Origin: Antedon mediterranea
Lineage: Eukaryota > Animalia > Echinodermata
Direction: 5' to 3'
DNA length: 64,000 nt
Assembly (NCBI RefSeq): GCF_964355755.1
Contig: NC_092675.1
Location: forward strand, 15,038,912-15,102,911
The notes below the pieces were generated by a model. It was not told where the DNA came from and ran no database searches. It saw nothing but the letters and a program-made list of their open reading frames with translations. The translations under genes and the position numbers were made by a program. Positions 1 to 13,200 of the stretch are shown piece by piece. Within the stretch, counting starts at the first letter, position 1, and the number at the start of each line of letters is the position of its first letter.

Positions 1-1163
1 ATTATTATTTTGGATTCACAATATCAAATTTTGATTTCTTTGTATGTTTCAATCAAATTTGACTTCAATTTATATAATATAAAATAACGATATGAATGTG
101 ATGATATTTTTCAAGGTCATCTTTGTTCTGAATTGTTTTTTTTTATGAATTATTATTCTATTATTCATTTTGTTACATTGAATATTTATCCCTGGCTATC
201 TTATGATTTGCACAGCAATCAATACCAGTTAAAAACAATTAATTATTAAATGTGAATAGAATACGCATTGTTTTAATATTCCAAGGTAAACTGTCTTAGC
301 GAAGTAAAATTATACCACAAACTTCTTTTTATTAAAATCTAATTTGCAAGTATAACACAATCGCTGTTTTTACCATCTGCTAAGTTTACCATAATATGAT
401 AATTTTAGTGTTGAAGGTTAGGACCTAATCTTAATTAATTGATTCGATATGAAATTCGAATTTATTTTTTTTATTTCTAAGAGTGCGGTATTTTGTTTAA
501 TCATGGATGGTTTAATGAATATTTATACAGCGCTTTAAAGTGTAAAAAAAGTAGTCTTTCATAAAGAGTTAGAATTAGTGTTACCATTATTTGTTCTTTA
601 AATTATGATTTTTCATAAAATTTCCGGTCCACTTTTTGGTCAAAATGAATAACTATTATGTGACATGAAAAATAATATAATGATATTCAAGGGGTACAAT
701 ATATCTTGAATCTATGAGAATTGCATATATATTAAATCGTACCATAGTTGCCACTAATGTTAAACATTTCATTTGTACGTCCATTGTTATTAATATCGTT
801 TTACAAACTATAATACTCTTAGGTTTAGAAAAGGTCTACCCGGTTAAATATACAATCCATTTTCTCAATATATAAGCTTACCAGCAAAAGTATGCGAAAT
901 GTTTAATTATGGGTCACAATCAAGAATAAATTAATCTTAAATAAAACTTTGAAATAGAAAACTATGTAGGTCTACATTATTGTGTTTGTACGACAGTTGT
1001 TTTGCCAATCAAACCTAGCCGGTGATCACTTTAGCAGGAGGAGGCGTTCATTGGTTAAACTCTTCGAACTATATTTCACTTCCTGCTGCTGGCACACCTA
1101 GCATTCAGCTTTCTACAGTTAAAAATATACCTTCTAAGTGTAAACAAGAGCAGTTACGGAAAT

Positions 1164-1218
1164 ATGGAACTCTGGACTACGCTGATATATGGCTTTGCAA
1201 TTCTACAATTAATTTCTG
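1164..1218 (+). CDS. Gene 1 exon 1, signal peptide [19 protein letters not shown]
   Basis: ATG, hydrophobic core, phase-1 donor G|GTATGA that joins in frame to the 2995 exon. Confidence 0.75.
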
Positions 1219-4200
1219 GTATGATATAATCTTTTTTTATAAGCTAGTAAATTATTCTTACACCATTTCGGTCTGTACTTTTTAATTAAGATGAAAATGT
1301 CAAAATGTATTATTTATTTATTCTGTCTTTATAGTGAATGACACTTTCTGTGCTAAAGCATTGATTTCGAATGTGGTTCAGTAGAGAACATCAACATATA
1401 ATAATAAAATCAAAGACATTTAGTTTAGTAATTTACATTAGTAGGCCTACACACAAATTTCCAATAAGCTAACTATCGAACAAAATATATAGTATAGGCC
1501 CATATAAATGATGGAAGAAATATTTAAGATAAAATATATATATACTGTTATGTTAATCAAAAGTATTTTGGATTGAATGTTTAAAAGTTTTAAAGTGTCA
1601 TTAATGTTTGTTTTTGTTTCATACACATCTGATCTCAATCGCAAATAAATAAATCATTATTATTATAATTAGTCTACCGATACAGCTTCTTATTAATTAT
1701 AAATTTAAAGTATGATGCGATGCCAATAATCTAGATTTTGTATTAATATTTTTTAGTATAACCTTCAACAAACGATTACTGAATAAACAAGTTATGCGAA
1801 TAAAACGTGCAATACTAACAAACATAGTTCTTTAATAATTCCGCTGTATAGTCCTATCATCATTTATTTGTTGTAAGATGCAACATTCTACATACTTCTC
1901 AAACAAATCATTTCACAAACATAAATGTATTTCAATATCGATTTGACAGCTTCCTCCCTAAAGTCAAGTCAAGTCAATTCAAGTCAAGTATCATTTATTA
2001 TCATTTGTTTTAGGAAAAACATAGAAATTCTGTTTGCTCAAATTCTTCGCAGAGATCTATCATGGGTACGGAGTTTGATTTTCTTTTTTTTTAAATTAAT
2101 ACATTGTGGTTTTTTTTCTAAATTGGTTTCTTTATTATCAGATTACAAATTAACGCTCATTTATTTGTAAGTGTTCTTTCCAATTTAGTCAATTCTTTTT
2201 AAAGATATGGTTTTTTTTCAAGCAACGTGTCCACAGTAAGCTATACCAGCACACAGTCAGTAGCCTGTATAAAAAAGCACTCCTTATTATTACGAAATCA
2301 AATACGCATTATACGGTTGACCCTGCCGGATACCATCACCACAATGAACCAGGAATAATAAAAGAATAATATATACACAAAATGATCGCCAAACTAGTCT
2401 ACAATTTTTCTATTGTGAGCTTCATTTTTTTAAGAAACCACACAAAATAAAGAAAATAGGCCTATACAATAAACACTCAGGTCATTGCTATTGGCCATAT
2501 GGTATCTTAATAAAATATTTTAATAAGAGAATTTAGAATCTTTATTTTATTAATTGGAAGTGGTTACCACAAAGAAAAAGACAATAAGGAAGTAAATCAA
2601 AATCTTAATTGCAGTTATTGTTATTATACTTAGCACAATATTCTAAGCGTTAGTTTAGCAATTATAAAAAGTATGGCACTTATTGTATTTTATTTATATG
2701 CAATGTTTGCACTGCCCTCGAAGGCATGTAGACATATTAGAGAAATAAGTGTAGACCTACGCCAGCCGAATAAATGTATGTGGTAAAATATTGAATATTG
2801 AATGAAGCATTGTCTTGGCCAATAATACAGTTATAATTTATACTGGTGCCTCCAGCTACATCATTGGTAATTCTTATATAGAATAGAATGCCAAATAATT
2901 TGTTTTTCATATAATAGTATGGATACTAATGATAAACTGCATTCAAGATAATTGGATTACTTCAAGCACCATTATTGAATTTGTTTATTTTTAGGGCAAG
3001 TTGATTATAAATGGATACTTGCAGGTGACTCTGTTAGTTTGTTCGTTGACACTGACGTGGATATAGATGGACTTTTGTGGGAGAAAAATGATGTAGCAAA
3101 TGATGAATGGGTGCGTCAAAGTACATTAAACCTGACCAACGTTACCGTGTCAGATTCAGGATCATACGATTGTTACTACTCTAACCCCGCATCAAGTGAG
3201 GCAGATTTAATACCAATAAAAGCTTTTGAACTATTCATAATTGGTAAGAAAACAACACAATCGTAAATACCTTTCTTCCATCGAACGTATCCATCAACCT
3301 CGAAATCATACAAAACGTTATGAGTCATTCGTTTCGCAGTCTATTGTCAGATGTGCAGATAATTACTCATAATGAACAATACATTATAATATATTATACA
3401 TTTTCTATTATGTTTAAATGTTTAACCATCTTTTTATGAACATTTTTTCGATCTGGAGTGCATAGACAAAGATTCTCTAATTGTAAATTCAGTACCAATA
3501 AAGAAGAATTTGAATACAACAAAACCCTATACCGATTATGGTGCGCCCTATTTTGTAGAATTTTAGACATGATTTAAATGATTCAGTAACACTGAGACAT
3601 TTCAATTTATACTTTAATTAATTAAGCAAATAGTTCAATCTGAATGTACTGTGTTTTAGTGAACGAGTCAAAAGAAAAAAAATATCAGTCCATGTATTTG
3701 TATTTCGTTAAATATTAAAATATTTAAGCTATGTATTGTTTTTTAGTAATTGACTAGAATATAATTTTAACCACTGTATGAATTTAGAACCTGAACCAAA
3801 CATCATAGTGTTCGAAGGCCTGGCAGTAAATGAAAATCAAGACGGACAAGCAAGCTGTGTGATACAGGGAGATCCACTACCCACAATTGATGAGGTCACA
3901 TTATATTTACCTGATGGCCGTCCAATATTGCCAAAAAAGGCTGTAGTACACAACGATAACTTTACTATTGAGATGGATTTTGTAGGAATAACAGTATGGA
4001 ATACTAAGCCGTATACATGTAGTGTGATAACCGCAATTGGAAGTTTGAATAAAACCATTGAAGGACAAGTGTACAGTAAGCTTACATTATTATGTATATC
4101 AAGAATCAAATTTTTCTGTTATACACATTCATATTGTACTATACTACACTTTTGATCTACGCATCCCACTAATATGCCTAATGGATCCATGTTCACTGTT

Positions 4201-7200
4201 ACTCCTAGTGAAGCAGGTCCATTTTCTACACTGTTGAAACTGAACAAATTTAGAATTTATTTCAAGTCAATTTACGCACGGTTAAAAGAAATTACTTTGA
4301 AAAACGATATGATAAAACAATAAATAAATAAAAAAGCCATTTATGATCAAATTGTGGTACGGTTCCTTCTATAGGCCTATGTTTTGTTTTTATTGTATTG
4401 TTTTTACCAGTGTCGAATTATCTCACGTAAAGGTGGCTTGCAACAGACAGCAATTCCGTTTCAATATTAATTTTACATTATCTGCTTTCACCTTTTATTT
4501 TATTAGAAACTCCACGTCTCCACAATCAACCAAACGTGAATATAAACGACAATGATGTGACAATTATTTGGAAGGCATGGCCTGATTCTAAAATAATGGA
4601 GCCTGGTGACGGTCCGGTTATCAAATACAGTGTACTTTACAACTGCACTAATTCTACATCTAAATACATTGGAAATGGGGTAGACGGATCTACAACGTCA
4701 TTACAATCGTCGATTGGAGAATTATCCATTAAAAGAGGATTTCTGTGTACTTTCTTTGCGATTCCATCACGACCTGGATTTGGAGGAGAAGGACCATTCA
4801 TTACTAGTGCTGGGCGTACTATATACATACCGTGTCTAAGTACGTTATTATTATTAGCTATATAATGATTAAATAATAAGTGATAATTGTCATTGTCAAT
4901 CTAATGTTCATTAATATGAACGTAATCAACAACGCTCTTGGTGATAATGATTGGATGACAATGTATGAATAATAGGGACTACGAAAAATGTGAATAAACT
5001 GGCGAAAGAATCAACGAACGAAGGAACAATTAACGACATAATCAATTATCAATTAATTAATTAACGGTTATGCCTATTAGAATAATGTATGCCTGACTAT
5101 TAATCTGTTATATTTTTTACACATTATATAATACATAGAGCCGAAGAGTTCGCCAACCGTTGTGAGTGTGTCTCTAATCGGAAGTGATATGATCCAAGTT
5201 AAATGGAAGGTAAAACAATCATTTCCTTCAAGACATGACTTAGATATTTTAAATAATAGTAGTCATTATGAAATTGGAAATCATACGAAGAACGTTTATA
5301 GAGAACAAATAATTCCTTAGTACACATTACTAATTTATCTCGGGTAATATTTCAGTGTTACATCTTCTTAACATGATTAATTATAATTTTATTCAAATAA
5401 AAATATAGTCTATGCATCATTTTTATCAATTATTGAAACATAATTATGATCATGAACACTTTTTTTACAATACCTCTGATCAGTATTTTACTTTTAGTAA
5501 TATAATATTGGTTTGAAAAATATTTAAAGTAAATTGAATCAAGTGAAAACAATAGAACTGAAGTTAAGTTATGTAGCACTACGTCTTTTTATCTAACTGA
5601 TATTCATTTAATATTCAACAATTCACACAAGACCTACATTGTTCATAACAGCTATGCATATTTATTTACTTTTGTTTTTAAATGTTACGGTATGAACAGT
5701 TTGAGTTTAAATGTACGAAAATGGAAAGTATATCAGGATATTTTTGATTCTTTTAGGCCTATAAAATAAAAATTGAATTATATTGATAACATATCAAAAC
5801 TTCGTATAAACCATGTTCTTAGGGTAGGAAGCTATCTCAGGAAATACGGTGGTTAGAAACCAAGGTCGACGATTTATGAACCTCCGCAATGAAATGCAAT
5901 GTTAACGGATGAAAGTATGGAAAATAACAGTAGGCTTATATTTTATATGTATTTATGTTATTTGTATAATCATAGAACATTAAGATCGAAGATTGGAATT
6001 GTGAAGGGGTGAATTCATACATTGTGCGATACAATATGGTTTCATACCCATCGAAAGTCTTTGAGGTAGAGGTTGAAAAAGTCAAGTCTGAAGTGCTGCT
6101 AAAAGTTGATCATCTTTGTGCTACATACGACATCAGCGTTACGGCTTCAAATCAGGATATGGAGAGTTTAAGTTCAACAGCCGTAAATGTCTCAACAACT
6201 GATTCATGTAAGCAATCGTAACAATTTTGGGACTATTGACGTTTAGGTATAGGCCTACCATAATTATCTTCCACTACGCACGTTATACGTAATGTGCCTA
6301 ATTGCTTGTACTGAGCAATATATAATTTGTTCTATCGTGAACATAGTTGCTAAAGTAGAAATAAGACACATTTCGAGATTTATCAATATACTTTAAATAT
6401 ATATTATATATTAATTGATGATATTGATTGATGAATACAGAACACTACGAATAGAGAACATCGATCATATGCATGCTTAGGCCTACTCAATCAATTTTGT
6501 TTGTGTAAACCGGTCTTATAGTCACAGAAAAACATCTTGGTAAGATGTAGAAATTTCACTGAATAAATGTGAACTTATTTTGAATTCAATTGTGAGATGA
6601 AGTAGGATCAATTTCTACATTCCATTCACCTCTGATTGTAACTCGTATGGGGTACAGGCCTAGTTCTTTACAAATACTAGAAGAAATATTAGTTCAATCC
6701 TGTGTTTGAAACTAACTATATAGGCCTAATAGTTTGAATTTATATCTTGTCAGTGTGATGCAAAACAAATCATATAGTATACGCTTTCAAATAGTACATT
6801 AACATTAATAAATGCTATCTGTTTTAATACTTGATGTTGTACTTGCAGGTCTTCGTTTGTTGAAAACATCTGCAACTGATGAGTATGTTACAATTGTTCT
6901 GAAGACGCCGAATACAACATTAGATCTGGCTAACTACTACGACGTATGCCTAACATATTTTACATTATTACGTATAAACTTAGACTATTAAAAGAAATAT
7001 TATATAAATATTAAAAATTAAAAAAAGAAAAAGAACACATACCTTAACTTTAAAATATATATACAGCACATGCCAATAAAGAAATGGATTTAAAACATGG
7101 TCTGTTCCTGGTACAGTTCTTAATTTTACTACTATTAACTATAAGTAGATTTTCACCATATATGCCCATATGATTATTTATGTGATGATTATTATATATT

Positions 7201-10200
7201 TGAGCATTTACTCTTATATTTGTTTAACGTAGTATTTATATCATGAATTGTTTCCATACAGATTACCTATCAGTGTTTATACAGGCTGTACTATTTGCTA
7301 CCAGAAGCAAACTCAACAACACGCAACCAAACCTTTCTAGCGGCCTCAACGACTTTTCATATCGTCGATCTTCAGTCTGCTTGTCGCTACAACTTCACTG
7401 TCAAACGGATCTCAAAATCGTTACATGTGACATCAGAAAATTATCTTGTGGACACGTTATCTCCGTCAGGTAAGCAGAAAATGCTTATATGATGTTTGCG
7501 TGCTAAATCAACAATATTCGCACAATGCATTATTTAACTCGACCAAACCGATTATTTAATGGTATTTATAGGCATAACACGCTACGAATGCGACGTTGGG
7601 TTGGGCGTTCTACTGATGAATGAATTTTTTTTTTCTTGTATTAGCATCTGGAAAGCCTGAATTGATGGTTGTAGAGAGACAACTAACAAAGATGAAAGTG
7701 AAGTTTAAACCACTCGAAAATTATCCGTACATAAAGTAAGCGTTTTTGTAAGGTTTAACGTGTTTATTTTTATCGAGTGGAATTAAATAAATTATTATAA
7801 CTAATCAAATGAATTCCGGTATCATAACTGGGATTGTTTTGTGTTCAAAAGAAATATTTCGTCCATGTCATGTTATTTTATGTTAAATTGTAAAGTACTA
7901 CAAGAAGTGCGAATTTCAGAATTTGAATGCTTGGAACAAAACCTTAATGATTCTGGTCTTTCAGATCTATGGAATTCACTCCAGTTAAATAATTCAGAGG
8001 TTATCTTAATGATTATACTTGGTGGTGATTGTTCTGTTCTCATTCCAACAATGTCGATTAATATGGTAAACAAAGCCCATGACATTCTTGATAAATTCTG
8101 CAAATCATATCTTAAGAAAGCATGGGCCTTTAGACAACGTATAAAGTCTAACATTATCGAATGATTTTTTTAAATTTTTTTTTTATTGTATGTAAGTTGG
8201 TTTAGTTATCTTAATTCTGTTTACAGTCATCAAATAATTCACCACAGCTGAAATAATTTAATCTATGCTTTCCTGTTTATTGATGTCCCTAATTTGGGTT
8301 CCTATTGTTCCTTTTTATTTTTGCTGGTAGACACTGTGTATCAAGAATGTGTATATCTTAACATAGATTCTAAGTACTGTATATTCCTTTGTTCATATAC
8401 TAATTGATATGCTAATTTAGTGTCCAAGCTTATGTGGGTTGCATTTAATTGGTTTTAGTATTACAGTTTATTTTTAATTTGGTTTTATCGAACTTCCGTT
8501 TTATCTGAGTATTATCTGTTTTAATCTAGTCTATCTTTATTTTTATACTCATATTTTTTATATTGTATGTTTAATTGTTTTAAGGATGCACCATTATTAT
8601 GTGTGCCGCTGTTCAAAAAGCGTTTTCCAAATAAATTATTATTATTATTATTATGCTATAATTTAAACTATGCTATAACATTTCCACAGAAATTACTCAG
8701 TTCTTATAATGGAGAGTAAATATTCGATGAATGAAGCACGAAATCTGAAGTTTATGAAGATGTCGGAATCAGGACCGAAGCACTATATGGCAGCTCAATT
8801 CCTGCCTGATGTCAGTGACATTACATTTGTAATTGGCAATCAACAGCTAGATGACGGGTTTTATAACGCACCTCTAGACCCAGCAAAATCGTATTATGTG
8901 GCTTTAGCTCCAATCGACTATAAAGATGAGGTGAGTGGTACTTTGGATTCGGGAAAATATTCAAATTCTGTATAATGTTTCTCCTCGCTATGCCCTACAA
9001 TGCATTAAGCATTTTTAAATTATTTTATTTAATAGTATAAACATGCCCAATTTAGTAAATCTGGTTTTTTCCCCTATCTGAACACAAAAATACAAATATA
9101 TAAATATTTAAATAGCATGCAATGAACTGTTGTAATAATACTCGTTTTTAGGTTATATTCGATCTAGTTGTTTGGAAGAATGGAACAGATTTACCAACTC
9201 CGTCAGAGATGGCTATTGAAAATGGTCAGTAAAAAGCTATACGACAATTAAACATAATCATAAACTCAATCATTAACCGACTTCTACGAGTCTTAAGTTT
9301 GCTCCTAACACCTCTCCATCCCCTGCCATAGAAGAGGCTGAGGCGTTTGACAATGATAAATCCAATCAGTTGAGAATTGAAATATTTAATGATATGTAAT
9401 TTAGCTGTGAGGATGTACAAAGAAACATTAATTCTCTTAATAAGGGATCTGCTCCGGGAACTGATGGCATTATGACTGAACATCTGATGCATAGCCTCCA
9501 TAGGCCTACTAAGTTACCAGAGGTTTTGGCCTTTGTGTTCAATACCTGTATTAAATTAGGGATTATTCCCAACATTTTCAGAGACTGTACAAATAGAGGG
9601 TCAGTGGCCTATACTTGTTTCTTGGATGCTGAGGGTGCATTTAATGCGATCCCCTATTCCATCATTTTTAAAAAATTAAGTGAGTCGTTACTGACAGCTG
9701 GTAGGGGTGCATGCATGACTTGTATACCAACATATATATCAGGATCAAGTGGAATAACTGTATCGGTCAAAATAAACAATTTTGAAGAGAACTCGTCAGG
9801 GCGGATTAGCATCACCCTTTATTTTTAACATGTTTTACAAAGATCTAATTGAAAAGTTAAATAATCGTAATTGTGGTATAGCAATCAGCAACTGTTCTTA
9901 TAATGCATTTTGCTACGCGGATGATATTTTTTAACAAGTCTATCTGTTGTGGGGTCTTCAGAAATTAATTGATTTTGCTAATAGTTACATTGTTTCTAAT
10001 GGTCTGAGATTTAATCCAACAAAAACGTTCTGCGCTGTGTTTTGAAAATCACTATTTATTGAAGATCCCACATGGTATCTAGATAACAGTATCTTGGCAT
10101 GTGTTTATGTCGACACCTATGCGTTGAACTGGGAGAGACTCATGTCAGGAATAGAATAAGTAAATATCGGAGAGCTTTCTATGCATTGCAAGGAACTGGC

Positions 10201-13200
10201 AAGTGTAAATATCGTTCGTCTACAGATGTAAAACTACATGTCTGGAAAACAGTCATGATACCAACTCTAACGTATGGCCTACAATGTGTAAATCTGAGCA
10301 AGAAGGATGTTCTTGACTTAGAGAAAAAAACAAAGTGAATTATTTAAAGCAGCGTTGGGTTTACCTAAATTCTATAGAAACATCTCTCCTTCACTCTATA
10401 TATAACATTATTAAATGTAATCAAGTGAATTTACTTCACCAGATATTTATTGGTGATTCCAAATCTAGGTATTTTTACTGGCATCTAGGCCTATTAAATA
10501 GCAATTTTGAACATGTAAACAACACCCTAATTGATAAGCAATGACTTTTCTATTTGTAATATTGTCTTTAATAGTACATACCATAGTACCAATTTGAAAA
10601 TGGTATTATAGGAACATTCAGGTGGAAGTTGTTAAGTGGAATACTTGGGAGTAGACTTAATTCAAATGGTCAATGGAGTAACACAATCGAAAAGAAAACA
10701 AGGCACCACTCATTAATAGCAATATTATTAGCAAACATGTTTATAGTTGTGGTCATGGTAATCACCATACATCTTTATATAATTCTCATTATGCAGTATT
10801 ATTAGATGTGATCCTTTCTAAATGCATTATTATTTTCAGATGAAAAAATTGGAATTATTGGTATTATTGGAATGATTGGTATATCAATTCTACTCCTTGT
10901 TATTGTGGTTCTAGTTGCCTATTACAAACGCAATGGTGGATCACACAAGTTCCTGGAGCAACTGAGTTCTCATCGCCATCATCATCATACACCACAGGAA
11001 TACATTGATATGGTAATATATTGTACATTAGGGTTAGGTCACTTCTAGAATAAAGTGTGTTCGTACGTTTGGTACTTATTTTAACCACCTAACATCACCC
11101 TGTTTACTCATTAAGTTGAGTTAGATAATTAGTTATTGACAATTAAAACAAATTTAGGTTCAACGATTTGCCCCAAAAAGGTGTTTTCCGATCGTGGTAT
11201 ACACTGTCTAATGGATGTCCATCTTGAAAAATACCCGCACACAATAATACGAGGATGCTTTGCATTTACTCCTTCTACGAAACTTGTTTTAATAGCTGAA
11301 AACCGGTTGAACAGCTCGAGTACAGCATCATAATGTTGAAGACAGGCCGATGATTTTCTTTACAAAAATTACTATTTTGAAGATTTAATATACGTTTATA
11401 CATTTGAACATTCCAATTTCTCATTCTCAGTATAATTATTTGGTTTAACACAAGTAGGTAAATCTATGGGTCCTTGCGGATAAGCTTAATATAGTATTGC
11501 AATACTTTTATTAATCATTTTTGGTCGCCATTTAAATCGCTAATTTCTTACTGTGAGTGTGGGTACTGTTTGATATATAAACACATAATACTGTATACAA
11601 ATAAACTTAATTACTGACAGTTGCTTCTCAACGTTTACAAAATATATAAACGTCGTAGTGGTGTATTGTTACATGTACTTTACTATTTCAATCGACTATG
11701 AAAGTGACAGTTTTAACAAAGAATTAAATCGCAAATGTTTAGTATTTAGCGGTATATTATTTATAGGCCTATAAAACATGAAAACATATTTCCGTACTGA
11801 GTGGATAATTAATCTTCCTAATAGTTCCTCTTTGTACCCATCTTCTTCCCCATCTCTGAACCCTATTGTTATATACAAAACGCAAATTGGTTTTGTTTAT
11901 TTGGACTCATTTTGTGACAAGTTTCTCTTTCGGAAGTAATTCCCAGGGTGCTAATTTTAGTTGACTACATAAATCATCATGTCTATTTATTCGTTTCTGT
12001 AAACGACAATGTATTATAGTCCTGCGGTACGTACATTTAAAAAACATTGTCGCTAAAATTCGAGAACCAAATAGTTATTAATAAATTAGGTCTACAGTTA
12101 TAAGTATATAAATCCAAGCTGTGTTTTGTGTTTGCTTGATCACAAAGTCTTAAATAACATAACAGTGAATTATACGTTTAAAATACAGGAGACAATACAA
12201 TTGACAGCAAACAGAGGGTCAGAGTTTTATGAAGATATATGCGATTACAAAAAGATTTGCTGGGAAGATTTAATGATCGATGCTAAAGTTATTGGTAGAG
12301 GAAATTTCGGCGAAGTTCGCCTTGGCCTTCTGAAAGAAACTGGAAAAAATAAACAAGTGGCTATTAAAACTTTACCTGGTAGGATATTGATCCAGTATTG
12401 TTATTATATCATCATCATCAACAACAATAACAGATAAATCCGTAACTATGAAAACATAATGAAAATGGATTTAAATGGTGTTGAAATAAAGTTGATTAAC
12501 ATCAACAATACATCATTGGAAATGTAGTCAACCAACCAACCAATCAATATTATTCCACTGAGATAATATAAGCTGATTTCTCAACAGAGGATGCGGTTAA
12601 CAAGGCTAAAACAGATTTCTTGACAGAGCTTAACATCATGGCAATGATTGGTGATCATGAAAATGTTATACATCTTATAGGAGCATGTATCAATGAAGGT
12701 ATTTTCTAAGACTGAGACAACATTCTATTACCAGCAATAGTCATAATTATACAAATGATATCGATACATATTATTATATATCAATTTCTTGAAATACGGT
12801 AATCTTTCTTATTTTAGGTACTCTCTATGTCGCTATGGAATATGCAAAACATGGAAATCTGCTGACATTTTTAAAACTAAGTCGAGAAGAACATTTGTAT
12901 TCAAACAGTTCAGCAATGAGAGCTAAAGACGATCATTTTGTCTCCTCAATTAATCAAGAACAACTTTTGAAATTCTGCTGGGATATTGCTAAGGGAATGA
13001 ACCATCTGACTAGTAGAGGGGTAAGATGAGTTTTTTTGTTTGTTTAGATAATTATAAAAGTTGAAAAACATAATGCATGTGATAGCTGTACAAAAACGAT
13101 AATTATTGTATATATCTGTTATATAATATATATCAATTATTTCGTAAGTAAGAAAGTACTTTCGATTTTTATAATTCACAAGATGGCTTAAGGTCTGTGC

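Noticed and set aside
1022-1285. 87-aa ORF from the ORF track
   Set aside because: The likely coding part is the signal-peptide exon 1164-1218 in another frame; the listed ORF has no recognisable motifs.
2014-2065. Exon-like segment (TTTTAG..G|GTACGG) in gene 1 intron 1
   Set aside because: It is 52 nt, and phase-1 entry gives an immediate TAG; it is not needed for the reading frame.
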